From: Salisapilia sapeloensis CBS 127946
Lineage: Eukaryota; Protista; Oomycota
Direction: 5' to 3'
NCBI GenBank assembly: GCA_023334545.1
Contig: JAADVB010000063.1
Span: 1-64,000, forward strand
Length of the DNA: 64,000 nt
Shown: positions 33,542 through 45,342 of the stretch, piece after piece
How positions within the stretch are numbered: position 1 is the stretch's first letter
Layout: every line of letters begins with the position of its first letter
The notes under the pieces: model-generated
What the model was told of the DNA's origin: nothing
What the model saw: only the letters and a program-made list of their open reading frames with translations
Database searches by the model: none
Position numbers and translations under genes: made by a program

Positions 33542-35516
33542 TTACACGATCTGATAGACGTCCGTCGTCAAGAGTTTATCAAAGCCGAATTGCACAGGTG
33601 TCTTGTCTTCAATCGTTGACACGGACACGACGTCGACGTCGCTGTAGAGAGATCGGGAGAAGAAGGACACTGCCAATGGGAAGAAGGCATCCATATTGTT
33701 GCCTCGAATGGAAAACTCCAAGGTACCCGTATTGTTCCTACAGCAGACATGAGCAATAGCAAATGGACAAAGAGGAAGGCGAGGTCATACGAAGAGTCGA
33801 TCTGGTCTTGATGCCAAACGAGCGTCCCGTCATTCGCATTATGCTGGTATTGTCCGTCGACAGCATCGACGCTGGGTGCATCGTGCGTCCCCAACGGTAC
33901 GACGATCATGACGTTTTCCAAGACCATGTCACGTTCCATCGAATATTCAATATTCACATTCATCTACCATGACATCAATCGGCCTTGTCTATCTAGATAT
34001 AGGTAAAGAAAAGTACCTTGCCATTGCCTTCTTCTTCCGGCCAGCACGTGATGTTCAATGGGAGAAGACTTTCATCCTGCGACTTTTGACTCCATCGAAG
34101 GAGTGCCACACGCTTCGACGGCAATGGTTTCGTTGCATCCTATCCCATCCTTAGCAAATATTCTCTTGGAGTAGATACAGCATGTCTTACCTTGAGTCCG
34201 AGCGTCGATTCTTTATCAAATAGCTTCTTGTCCACTTTCGGATGCGTCTACGTTACTCTTAGCACCATACAAACCTCTAGACAAACAACAAGAGTACCTG
34301 GAAGGTGACGCCAGGAGCAGGAGAGCATTTTAGTTGGAGTCGACTCTTTGCTTGCTCTGGGTCATTCGCCGTCACGAACAAGTTGCCCTTAATCTCCAAC
34401 TGCTCCAACGCTCCCTCTCGATTCAACAGCACCGTCATCTTCTCCTCCACGACGGCATTCACCGGATCACTACTTGTCTGCACTTCCGGAGCTTTTGGAG
34501 CCTCCACGGCCGTACTAACAGGCGGAAGGTCTTGCAATCCGTCCTCGGCAGCCATGGCATCTAGGAAGGAAGATCCGTTCGCTTTACTAGTGCCTCCACC
34601 ACCTCCTAGTTTCATGCCGCCAGTGCTCTTAATCGGTGGCTCAGGCGCAGGCGTGTATGATGGAGGAGACGTCGGCATCGTCGCACCGCCAAAGGACGGT
34701 TCGATACCACCAAAGCTCGGGGCAGAACCCATGGACGAGGCGGAGCTGATGGAATTCGGATTGAAACCAGTGCTGAGACCTGCTCGTTCCATCCGTGCAC
34801 GCTCTTGCTCTTCCTTCCGGATACGAGCCGAATGGCGCTTCATGTCGTCCTTGGCGGCAGCTCGTTTGGACTCGAGGATCATCTCATGCAGCTTCTCTTC
34901 GTGCGATTCCATCTCGAGGTTCGTGCGAATTTGCTGTAGAGAGACGTGCTCAGCGTGTCCACCGGCACAGAGGGCTTCATCAATGGCAAAAATGAGCTCG
35001 AACTGCTTTTCACGCACGGCAGCTTCCGTCGGTGCGTCGCAGACGTCCGGGACGAGTTTCGCGAGGAGCTGGATGGTATGCAAGTCTTCGACAATGTTAC
35101 TGGTTTTATTCGTGACGAGGAGGACGAAAAGGCTTTCTAGAGGCTGATAAACATAACGAACGCTGTCGGTATCAATGTACGTGTGCTCTCGAGATCCGCT
35201 TGACAAGAGTTTGGGGAAGGCCGTGAGTAGACCCTAGATGATACAGACCAGTTATAAAGATGTTATAGTATTAATTGGATAGGAGCAAAGTACCTCTAAT
35301 CGCATACGCGTGATTTCGACAAATTGACGGGCAACGAGTACTAGATAATATGAATTGGTCAGCTTCCGATCCGGATGCTTCTATGTGGTAGAAAAGTACC
35401 TTTGCCACTGCGTGTGAGAACGGAGGCTGAGAGTACTACCTATGGGATGAAGGTGAGGAATAGATTCCTTGGGTTGGATCAAGATGGAGATGGTGGTAAG
35501 AAGAGAGACGCACCAT
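33542..35516 (-). CDS. ARCN1: Coatomer subunit delta; multi-exon
   Basis: M|VVLSASVLTRSGK|LLVARQFVEITRMR...EGLLTAFPKL...HTYIDTDSVRYVYQPLE..FVLLVTNKTSNIVEDL (longin domain), EMESHEEKL, then a mu-homology domain ending ...DAFFPLAVSF...DKLLTTDVYQIV*. Confidence 0.93.
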
Positions 35517-36355
35517 GATCCTTCGCCACGCGTGTCGGGCAAGATGAGTTCGCTTTTCGGGCGTTAGATCACTTTCCTCTTGAACTATGTATGATCTCGA
35601 TCAAGTGCGATACAGAAGTAGAAGACACTCCGGACGGAATCAGATCAGGAAGCTGATTCGGGTACAAGACCAAGGCGAATGTCTTTGGAGGTATGTGCTT
35701 GAGCAATCTTCCGTGGTGCAAGTTCATGATATAAGGTGGAAGCATGATATGCACTGGTAGGGTAGGATTGGAGTGATGGGGGATGAGCTGTAGATGCTTT
35801 GGGGTTTCTCTCGAGGAGGTTGGAATGGAAAGTTGAGGACGATGAGTTGGAAAATGCATTGATCACTCACTAGGAACTGTCTTGGCTTTCAGCCTTTAAA
35901 AATAGAGAAGGAATGGATTTATCTAAATCCAAGTAGAGATGAAGCTGAAGTAGGCATGCTTTGTGGAAAGCTCATTGAAAGCTATCATCGATCCAAACGA
36001 GCGAAGACGTCACTTTACAAAGTATGCTGACACCTTCCTTCTTTTCATGCCTTTAGAACATAAAATAGGCTTCAGATGTGTGTCTATTCTGGAGTGCTTG
36101 GCTTTAATAATGGTCGGAAGAGCACCAAGCAAAAAGAGGTAAGAAGTAGGATACAGGGAGGAGGAAAAGAAGAGATGCCAACATCAAAAGTATAAGCTAA
36201 AGAGGTTAGAGCAGCAGGCGATAGAATTGGAGGTGAATGAGTATAGTATTTACTTGCAAGAGGATAGCGACGACATGAGAGGCTGTGTATCTGAAGATCT
36301 TAGCGTTAGCCACCACTGACGTAAAAGAAAATTGTATGTTATTCATCCGTTCCTG

Positions 36356-39038
36356 TTAAAATGACTTATCCTTCGTCGGAGATCCTGTGTGTAGACGTAG
36401 ATGGAAACTAGCTATGCAATTCGCTAAATCCTCTGAATGGAGCTCACGAGCAAAATTGTACAGGTCGACTAGCTTGGAAATGATAGGATTTGCTGATAAG
36501 ATGGCATCATCTGTCACTGCGGCACTGATCAGAGCCTCCATAAATGGTTTCAGTTCGGCCACTGGTAAGGTAACCAGGACTTTGGCACACAAGATGGCGT
36601 TGGTGCAAGTCTGGAGAGAGTTGATAGCTTCCATTGTGAGATTACTCTTGATCACAGGATCGGATAGTACGAGTGTAAGCAGTTGAAGCGTGTTAATGTA
36701 CACCGCTCGAGCTTCTGCGTTTCCCATTTCGATTGTGGCTGTAGCAAATTTGTGGATAATAGTCTCCGTCGATTCAGATGAAGGGCTTAAAAACAAACGA
36801 AGCCAATCTGAGTGGATGTATGCTTTTTGATCGATCGCAGTTGCTTCCAGCAAGGACTTGCGGTCGTACATCCAAATATTTTGAATGGTCTGTGAAAGGG
36901 TAAATGCATTGAAAGTCAGAAGGATAACCTTTAAGGTAAATAAATTCATTATACCTGTAATAGGTGAGCAAAGAATGCTGTCTTGTTACCATTGCACTCG
37001 ATAAAAGTTTGAATCGCTCGGCTGAAGATTCTTACCCAAGCTGCTGGTTTCCATACTTGCGAGCAGTTCGTCTTGGTGGCTGTTGGTGAAAAGATAAATA
37101 TCTGTGTCGAAGAAGCTTTAGTACGTATGCACAAGCATCTAGCATCTACCGGAAATAAGTACCGCCACTGCTGCCCATGTAACTGCTTCCAATACGAGAT
37201 TTGGTCCACTCCCTTGCGTGTATGTTTTGCTTGATTTCTAATATAGCATGAGTGATTAAAAATTAATTTTACAAGGCTAGATAAATACACACAGATTGCT
37301 TATTCGACTCGGGGAAGAGATGGAATAGCTGATTGTTCTCCCGTTTCCAACTGTGCAGTTCCAATTCGTCATTTTTCTGCCAAGTCTCCTTCTCTTCGCT
37401 TGGACTATACCCGTTCTTTACTGTCTTCCATCGATAAAGCAAACTTCGTCCGAGTGTATATTCTAATATACTTGCTAGTAGAGCAATTTTCTGTTGTATA
37501 GATTCATGAGAAATGATGTTATATATACAGTAACCTTCAGGCTAAGACTTACATGGCATTGACGAGCATGTTGTATGTGTTCATAATTCGTATCCTGAAC
37601 TTGTTCATTTAGTGTTTTGGCGATAAAGCTACTTTCTTCGATAATGATGAATAGCTGCCGACGATGTGGACAAGAGAGTAACCATTTGTAAAACCATTTT
37701 GCTGTCGGGTCCAATAGAGCAAACAATAGACTAGGCCTAGCATCAACTTGTGCACTTACTGCTTCCGAGCGTGCATTCAGTAGCTGAAACGTACTGCAGA
37801 AGAGCTTGGCGACTGTCTCTGGAAGGATGTATTTCCAATGCATTGGTAACTTCATCGTAGCCGAGTAGAGCACACGGAATATATCCAGCAACAGGAGCGT
37901 ATGATGACTACCCTCTACCAGCTCTTCAATCTTGAGACATAGAGTGCCATTCACAATTAGCTCTCCAACTGTATCGAATAAACCTGAGTACAGTTGGATG
38001 AAAGAATTTGCTTCTTGCATGTGTCTTGTGAGGTGAAGAAGCACTTTCATTGCTTTCCTAGCCTGCTCACTGTCCAAGTTGGTCAACGCTGCAGTGAGAA
38101 TGGACTGAGTGAAGACAGAGATGTCCACTCCAGAGTACTCTAGCTCTTGCGCTTGGATCTATAAGACGTTAAAGTAAGTGACTTGAAGTATCCGACAGAC
38201 ATGGAAACCTACTTGAGTTAGTTGTAGTATAGCTTTTGTTCGCACTGCTTCATCACAGGCTTTTAATTGCTCAACAAGTGAGCTCAAGTCGGTCTCTCTA
38301 TCATCGCTGTACCACCAAGATCACGTGAGTTAGTACAGATCACGTAGAAATGAGAATAGTCATAGAGTTTATAGGCAGAAACCTGAAATCGGAGTGGAAG
38401 TCATCAAAGACGCAAATGTCAGTGTTACTATGGTTGTTTGCAAGGAATGTGCTTTCGCTCGCATTCATCGACAACTCAGGAGGTAGATTTCTAGCTACAT
38501 TTTTCCAGAAAGAAGAGCTCATATCGTCCAATTCCACTGCTGTTCGTTCTTGTCCTCTTTCATGTCTGTTGGCATGCGCTAAAGCATGACACTGCTCATC
38601 CTGAGCAGGACAATGCAATAGCGCTGCTTTCTCACTCTCCAGGACTCTTTTAAAGTACTCTACAGCATGCTGAAAAGCAGTGGTATTTGCAACTGCGTGA
38701 AGTACGTCCTTGCAGTCTTGCATCTCATGACAATGCGCCTTGAACTGACTACGCACTGCATCCGACAGATGTTTGGATAGATACTCTCGGATAAGCCGGA
38801 CACTCTGTAGTTCCCATTTCTCCGGCTCTCGATCTCCCATTTCAATTACTGCTTGTCCGATATCATGCAGATCCTCACCCAGCTATTTGTCATATGCACA
38901 TTATATATCATCCATAAACCTTCATTGCCAACGATCGTCTACCACAGTCGTCTCATCTACTCTTGCCAGGATCTCCTCCAACTGTGGCTGGAGGATATGC
39001 ATGATCTCTGCTAACAATCCATGCGTCCCCATTTGCAT
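36356..39038 (-). CDS. BROMI/TBC1D32 (broad-minded)-like ciliary protein; multi-exon, 3' end unresolved (may extend to about 35645)
   Basis: Spliced segments follow the recalled BROMI N-terminal domain in order: ...KWELQSVRLIREYLSKHL; LSSLVEQLKACDEAVRTKAILQL; LPMHWKYILPETVAKLFCSTFQLL; LFALLDPTAKWFYKWL (cf. FALVDxKAxWFKKWM). Confidence 0.62.
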
Positions 39039-39211
39039 CTTTCACGAAAGTCACGACGAGATGAACCGTCGCGACTGTCTCTACACTTATTCTCGATCTG
39101 AAACCATCTACCTATGATTCTCAGGTCCTTTCAAGAAAGTAAAGGTAGACAAGAAGAAATTTAAGTATAGTATGAAAGAGTACAATGTTGTCCAGAGGAA
39201 TCTACGAAAAT

Positions 39212-40651
39212 CTATGCTTGGGCAATGACGTCGTCCTGCATTTTGGCGTATAAGAGTCGAGTGCAGAACGAACGGTTGTTGTCGAGGCTCATAGCGAAGG
39301 CTCTTGCCGAATTTGTAGCTTCATCTTTCACACTTTCCACCATCTTGGTGCAAACGACACGACATACGACGCGGTCAATGCCGTCATCACACGTTTCGAG
39401 ACGCAACATGGCTGCTCCAAGGACGTTTCGCTTTGCCTTGGTCGTCGGACGCAACGGTTGCAAATCATCTTGTTCGACGAAGTCCCATCCGATGACGGCA
39501 CATGTCGGTGTCGTGCGATAGTAGCAGACGACTCGAGACTCAATATCCACATCTTCCTCCGTCTCTGTGCGTTGGTACTTTAGCTGCAAGTGTCCATAGC
39601 TCACGCGCGCGAACTCGTCTGTGTCCATCATACGCGTCTTATTGCGCGTGAGGTTATAGTTCGGCGTTTCAAGCGATCCGTCGAGGAAGGCTGGGAGAGC
39701 GACCTTCAGGGCTTTACTAACGTCACTCGTGCAGAGCGGATAGATGGCATGCGACGAGAAGCCACTGAGCAAACGTTCCTTTGTCCGGATGGATTCGTCG
39801 AGCGATTGGGCCCAAAAGACAGGCTCATCGACTGGCGTTGGCTGGGACACGCTTTGCAAGTACTGCACGGCCATGTCGAGTTTTTCATCTGCACAAAGGT
39901 TCTGGATCTCACGACTACGCTGGGTGTCGCTCGTGCTGAGGTACGTGGCCGTGTGGAGTAGTCGGTAGGGCGAGAGACCAAAGTTTTCCCACGGGATGTT
40001 GATGAACATACTGCGGAGATTAGAGAGGAACATGCTTTGATGGAAGAGACCCATCTTGAGCTGCTTGCTCTCCTCCATCACCTGCAATCGTCGACGTTCT
40101 TGCAGCTTGGCTTCTTCCTCCCATCTGGCTTCACCTTCCGACGTTCGAGACTGCTTCCGCGTCTCGCGCAGAGCTTCTAAATCCTTGGAAAGCGTGTTGA
40201 CTTCCTGCTCTAGTTCATGTCGCTCGCGCTTCTTCCGCGCACGATACCGACGAACACCGTTGGTGATCTGCGCTCGGCGTCGAGCTTTCTTGTCCGGACT
40301 GGTAGCTTTGGTGGAGAGCTTGTCGTCGCTCTTCGTGGGAGAAGAGGAGCTGTTCGAGTCGGACGCTGGGTCCGACGTGTCACCGTTCGAGTGGAATGCT
40401 TGGATGGGATACGGCTTCATAGCTGCATTCTCTTCGTCACTAAAGAGCGCATTCATATTGCCTGGTTTCGTCGGTGGCATATTGACATTCGATGGCGGGA
40501 CGGCCGGTTCGTCTTGCAGTAGCATGGAGAGCAAGTCAGAGCCAGTGTTTGGTGGCAGGACTGTGTCTTGATTCTGCGGTGGCATCGGATCATTATTGTC
40601 TTCCATGAACATGGAAAAGAGATCCAACGGCTCTTGTACGTTCGTATTCAT
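39212..40651 (-). CDS. bZIP transcription factor (Asn->Ile) with START-like C-terminal domain; intronless
   Basis: KARRRAQITNGVRRYRARKKRERHELEQEVNTLSKDLEAL; C-terminal IGWDFVEQDDLQPL...KRNVLGAAMLRLETCDDGIDRVVCRVVCTK. First ATG is 40651; the track start 40708 is GTG. Confidence 0.8.
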   Translation of the reverse strand: MNTNVQEPLDLFSMFMEDNNDPMPPQNQDTVLPPNTGSDLLSMLLQDEPAVPPSNVNMPPTKPGNMNALFSDEENAAMKPYPIQAFHSNGDTSDPASDSNSSSSPTKSDDKLSTKATSPDKKARRRAQITNGVRRYRARKKRERHELEQEVNTLSKDLEALRETRKQSRTSEGEARWEEEAKLQERRRLQVMEESKQLKMGLFHQSMFLSNLRSMFINIPWENFGLSPYRLLHTATYLSTSDTQRSREIQNLCADEKLDMAVQYLQSVSQPTPVDEPVFWAQSLDESIRTKERLLSGFSSHAIYPLCTSDVSKALKVALPAFLDGSLETPNYNLTRNKTRMMDTDEFARVSYGHLQLKYQRTETEEDVDIESRVVCYYRTTPTCAVIGWDFVEQDDLQPLRPTTKAKRNVLGAAMLRLETCDDGIDRVVCRVVCTKMVESVKDEATNSARAFAMSLDNNRSFCTRLLYAKMQDDVIAQA

Positions 40652-41236
40652 GTTCGGGACGGGAGTGAGAGAAAGCGAAAAGCGATGCGGTGGCTGCTGC
40701 CTTTCCACTCCGATGGGAATTTAATTGTGAGCTTTTAGCCACAAGTCGATTATGCATCACACCGATTCGAAGTAGATGTCGCCGTTGATTGGTTGAATAG
40801 TCGCAGGAATAGGTTTTGCCTTGTTGTTTCGATGAACGCTTGGCAACAGCGAAGCTTCTAAAATGTGACCAAAAGTGGTACTTTCCAACGTGTGATCGTA
40901 CTTGCCATTGCTTAAATGAAAAGATTGTTCTTGTCACTTTGAACGCTAGTAGACTCTATACCTTACTACATCCAGCCATGTCTTGACGCCGGATGAACAG
41001 AATCCGTTGAAAGTATGGTGGGCGCGTCGCAGAAAAGCTCGAGACGATGCTTGAAAAACAGAAGATTCCATTTCGTGCCACTTTTTGGATGGAAGTCAAA
41101 CGAACTCAATTTTTTGGTATAGTCCAGGGCGTAGGTTTTGCATACGTTGCCACACGCTTCGATCACGTAGAGCATCATTCAGCCATTATCTCTACTTCGC
41201 ATACCACCGTATCTCCTTCCAGCCACTACTATTGCC

Positions 41237-42563
41237 ATGGAGATAGCGACAGATGTACACAACGCCTCTGGGATGAATGATCTCGATCTTGATATACTTA
41301 TGAACACCTTGCTGCCGGAGCATGACGATCATCTTGGCATGAACAACATTCCCAATAGTTCCGGTTCGCCCACGGAGACCACGTCTGACAGCTCCCATGG
41401 CACACCAACGGGCAAAGGTGAAAGTGACGAGCCGTCTGAACGCAAACGGCGTCGTCGAGAACAAGTCGCTGATAGCGGTCGTCGTCATCGCATGCGGAAG
41501 AAGCAGGAGCGGACGGTGCTCCACCAGCAAGTCTCGGAGCTGTCGACGCAACTTGAATCCATTCGATCTGCTCGACTGCAAAAGTACCAGAGCCCAGATA
41601 TCTCTCGCTGGGCTGAATATGCCGGTACCGAGCGTAAGAATCGCGAGCAAAGTGAAGCGACGAACGTGGAATTGCGTCGAGCTGTCCTTCGCCAAGGCTC
41701 GTTCTTAGCGAATCTACGTTCCATGCTAAGTATCTCCACACGCGTCTCTGCTGACTTTGAGTTCCATCAATTGCTCCATACCGAGTGTCACTTGGGTGTA
41801 AGTGAAGCTTCTCGTCAGCGCGAGTTCGAACGCTTATCTTCTCCCGACCGAGTGGACTTGGCGATCGACCTACTGGAACGAGCGACCGGTCCAGCTGAAG
41901 TATCGACCAAGCCTGTATTTAAAACCATGCGCACACACTCGCCGGATCACTTCCTCGGACTCATGTCCACATCGGTCTTTGCTTTCGACACGTTGGACAT
42001 CAATTCGATTTTCAACTGGGCTCTTGCTGGCTTTGCGAACAGTGAGATTGAATTGGGTGAGAAGGAGTTATTGCAGACGGAAGCATCGGTCTATGCGGCG
42101 CCATCGAATCAGACAAAGTACTTTGGCGCGACCTTGCAGATCATCGATGGACAGCGGCAAGTCGAGTGTCAGATGGAGATGCGGACGTTTGTCGTCCAAA
42201 AACTTACGAATGAGTATGCTATCGTCACATGGGATTACGTTGATGACGATAAACTCTATCCTCTCCATGCCCAGACACGAGTAAAACGAGATTGCGTCGG
42301 AGGGTACGTTCCTATTCAACTTGTACATGATAAACGTCATACTAATTCGATCAATGACTAGTGCCTTGGTTCGTCTGGAAGAGTGTATGGACGGAAAGAA
42401 ACGTGTCGTGTGTCGTATGATGTGCACGAAGCTGCATAAGTTTGCCAGTCGAGACTCTGTTTCGACCACATCGTTTTCTCAATCAATTCGGACGTCCTGT
42501 GATGCGGCATTAGTCGGCGTGTACAACCACATCAAAGAGAATACGACAAGTATTGCTGTGTAA
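41237..42563 (+). CDS. bZIP transcription factor (Asn->Val) with START-like C-terminal domain; 2 exons
   Basis: RKRRRREQVADSGRRHRMRKKQERTVLHQQVSELSTQLESI. A 58-nt intron (42304..42361) gives VTWDYVDDDKLYPL...KRDCVGG|ALVRLEECMDGKKRVVCRMMCTK, clearly paralogous to 39212..40651. Confidence 0.8.
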
Positions 42564-42609
42564 AGCTTCATGTTCATTTCTTTCATTCGTATCTTTCGAC
42601 TTGAAACAT

Positions 42610-45231
42610 TTACACGCGGTCGAGAGGAGACCGAGACGTGTTCGGACGATTCTCCACATGCATGTACGACCGTCGCACGCGGAAGACGCGTTGGTAGAGC
42701 ACAGCTAGTGTCACGGCGATGACGACACCTCCAACGCCGATCACCACGTATCCTACCTGTAACAACGAAGACGAGGCACTCGAGCCTTCAGAGACTGGGT
42801 GGATGACACCTAGGTTGGTGTTGGCTTCGGCCGTAGCAGCTTCTCCACCAGATGAACTGGAAGCAGACGTGGCATCGCTGCTAGCGTCCGACACTAGATT
42901 GGCAGTAGCCCAAGTCGATTCCTTTGTGACACCAGTGTAGGGAGCTGTAGGCGGAGTAGTAGCTGGATGAGTCGACGGAGGGTAGGTGGGGAGACCAGAG
43001 GGTGACGTCGCTGGTGCTTCCGTCATCTCTTCTACCTCATCCGCCAAGCTGCTGTCGAAAATCTCGACTGCAACGTCCGAGTAGAGTGCAGTAGCTTCCG
43101 GAGCTTCTGTCAAGAGCACTTCGAGGCCATTGTCAGCAGAAGGAGAGGGGAAAGACTCGTCCTTTAGAAATGCTGGTTCCGGTGCTTCGGTCAAGAGCAC
43201 TTCTATCTCATTTTCAGAAGAAGCGGAGGTAGAAGTGGAAGCATCATCTGTCACAAACGTTTCTTCATCGCCAACTTCGACGTTGGTGATGTTAGTGGCA
43301 TTGGTCCTACGATCGATCGATCTCGTCTGTTTGGTAGATAGAGAGATGGAAGGGGAATGCCAGAACATGTTGCCTTGCACTTCATGTCCATTGTTCTCGT
43401 AGCTCCAATCGGCATTTGTGCGTGCATTTACAATGTGCGATTGTGGAGCAACAGGAGGGGACGGAGCGTCCTTTCCACTCTTCTGAGATGCCCACTCTTG
43501 ATCCACGACTGAAGTAGCTCGAATCGACAGACTTTCCGCCTGTAGATCAGAAATATCGATACAAGCAGTGAAGAGAGACGTGCCGTACGTATCGATGTTA
43601 CGCTCAAAGTTCGCATTCGCTCCACCTGGCATGAAAGAGAACTCAAAGGCACGACGTGATAGACCCATTTGTCCATCCGACTGCATTAGAATGTCCGTAA
43701 ACTCCGGATCAGACGCTACTTCGATGTACGTGTCATCGATCGAAACAGCTCCAAGGACTTCCCATGCCAATTGGACTTTAGTCGCCTTGTCTTTCGCGTA
43801 TTCGAAGGAGCAATCGGTCGAAGTGCATGTGACGACTTGTGTGTCATCAAAGGACTGTCCACATTCTAATTGAGATAGAAGGTCCTTTTCATTCGGAACG
43901 AATTCAGAAGCAGAGACAAAGTCATCAGAAGTGGAGACGTCTGCGGAAGACGCAGAGGAGACGTCGACCCAGCGAACATAAGGCTGGACCATGTCAATGT
44001 ACATGAGCGCCAGTCGGACGTTCTGAGGGATGTGGCCGACAGCAGACGTGTCGTCCTTGTAGTCAAAGAAATCAAGGTCCGCCTCGACGAGAGACGATCG
44101 GTCTCCTAACGCTTTCTCCTGCGGGCCCTTGTCGAACGAGGTTTCCACGAGCATGTTGAACGCACGATGAGTGGCGTCGTTGTACGTGGTCTTTTCAGGC
44201 GGGTATCCGCCGTACGTCCGTGGGTTACAAGGACTAAAGGGAGACTGGTCAGGGTCGTTATCGACTGCCTGGTTCTCCCATGAAGCAGCGTATCCCCAAT
44301 CTTCCATACCACCCGTGACACCATAAACAACTTCGTTCATGGTTCCTACAGGGTACATGCGTCCATCGGTAAATGGCTTGGCATAGATCTGTAAGATATT
44401 CGCGAGCTGGAACTGCGCAGTGTCGTCCGGAGACTTTTCACTCGTGCCTCGTTGTTGGTTAATATAGTGGTTCGGAGAGCCCCATTCGTACGTAAGAGCT
44501 CTTGTGCCACCATGGAAGGTGATACCGAGTTGGAACATGTGATCACGCCAGATTTCATTCACCACACGCGCCGTCATGGTCTTCATGCAGTCTGCTCCAG
44601 AACGCATGTAATTGAAATCGCGGTTCGGATCGACGCCATATTCCGTACGGACTCGGTGAGAGTAGCCATAGGCATTTGTCATGGGTGTGAGAATCACATT
44701 TCGAGTGTTCACGAGTTCGTACAGCCACTTTTGCGTGTTGCGTACTTGAGAAGCTTGTGTAGACGAATTGGATACGGCAGGAGAGTCCGGGTGAAGGTAA
44801 ACGTCGACGGATTTGGCGATAAAGCCAATGAGCTCCAGCGTAGTAAGCGGACCAACAATTTCATCGCCGTGGACAGCGCCTGAGATAAAGACTTCAGGAC
44901 GCTGCGGATCATCGGCGAGGGTCGAGTGGTTCGTTAAATGGACGATTAGCTGTTGACACGGATCGTCGTTGGCACCACACGTAAGCTCTTGAGGATACGG
45001 TAAGCCGTACTCTTCTTGTGCGACGGAGAGACGAACTGTCTCAGGATAAAGCGCGCTGAGCTCCTGGAGCTCGGCCGTAAACGCGTCATAGTTACGGTAT
45101 TGGAAACCTTTTTCCCCCGCATTGAGAGCTGCATCCACGCCACATGCAAGGCATAATGCACATGCAATGGCAAGACAAGGGAGGATGCCTGGGAAGCCCG
45201 TGGAGGCTTGTGATCGTCCGACTCGCGGCAT
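42610..45231 (-). CDS. Type I membrane M14 zinc carboxypeptidase with Ser/Thr/Pro/Glu-rich stalk; intronless
   Basis: Signal peptide (ILPCLAIACALCLACGVDA), Zn ligands VHGDE and TFHGG, DPNRDF, catalytic LVET, low-complexity stalk, TM helix VGYVVIGVGGVVIAVTLAVLY and a short cytosolic tail. Confidence 0.88.
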   Translation of the reverse strand: MPRVGRSQASTGFPGILPCLAIACALCLACGVDAALNAGEKGFQYRNYDAFTAELQELSALYPETVRLSVAQEEYGLPYPQELTCGANDDPCQQLIVHLTNHSTLADDPQRPEVFISGAVHGDEIVGPLTTLELIGFIAKSVDVYLHPDSPAVSNSSTQASQVRNTQKWLYELVNTRNVILTPMTNAYGYSHRVRTEYGVDPNRDFNYMRSGADCMKTMTARVVNEIWRDHMFQLGITFHGGTRALTYEWGSPNHYINQQRGTSEKSPDDTAQFQLANILQIYAKPFTDGRMYPVGTMNEVVYGVTGGMEDWGYAASWENQAVDNDPDQSPFSPCNPRTYGGYPPEKTTYNDATHRAFNMLVETSFDKGPQEKALGDRSSLVEADLDFFDYKDDTSAVGHIPQNVRLALMYIDMVQPYVRWVDVSSASSADVSTSDDFVSASEFVPNEKDLLSQLECGQSFDDTQVVTCTSTDCSFEYAKDKATKVQLAWEVLGAVSIDDTYIEVASDPEFTDILMQSDGQMGLSRRAFEFSFMPGGANANFERNIDTYGTSLFTACIDISDLQAESLSIRATSVVDQEWASQKSGKDAPSPPVAPQSHIVNARTNADWSYENNGHEVQGNMFWHSPSISLSTKQTRSIDRRTNATNITNVEVGDEETFVTDDASTSTSASSENEIEVLLTEAPEPAFLKDESFPSPSADNGLEVLLTEAPEATALYSDVAVEIFDSSLADEVEEMTEAPATSPSGLPTYPPSTHPATTPPTAPYTGVTKESTWATANLVSDASSDATSASSSSGGEAATAEANTNLGVIHPVSEGSSASSSLLQVGYVVIGVGGVVIAVTLAVLYQRVFRVRRSYMHVENRPNTSRSPLDRV
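43010..43205 (-). repeat. Intragenic tandem repeat, 81-bp period (TEAP motif x3)
   Basis: GTCAAGAGCACTTC recurs near 43109 and 43190, 81 nt (27 codons) apart, encoding EVLLTEAPE twice. A third degenerate EEMTEAPA follows. Confidence 0.75.
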
Positions 45232-45307
45232 CAGGTCCGAAGTCGATTCGTTAGTGTGAAAATGGTTCAAAACAAGCTGCTTTCGATCTGATTATATGCT
45301 GGCGGTT

Positions 45308-45342
45308 GATTGGTAGAAAATGTGTGGAGGGAGTATGATTGG
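45308..45342. promoter_or_regulatory. Two CCAAT boxes upstream of the carboxypeptidase gene
   Basis: GATTGG at 45308 and 45337 (CCAATC on the coding strand), about 80-110 nt upstream of the ATG at 45231. Motif match only. Confidence 0.35.

Noticed and set aside
34305-35147. 280-aa plus-strand ORF (also 8786..9187, 9284..9802, 40056..40571, 47550..47987 and others)
   Set aside because: Antisense shadows of well-supported genes (delta-COP, NDUFA9, bZIP, NOC4), with no recognisable motifs.
14706-39038. A functional 'cilium/centromere gene cluster' (CENP-S, ASH protein, CEP57, BROMI)
   Set aside because: The genes are interspersed with unrelated housekeeping genes and such genes are numerous in flagellate genomes. 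No shared regulatory motif is specific to them.
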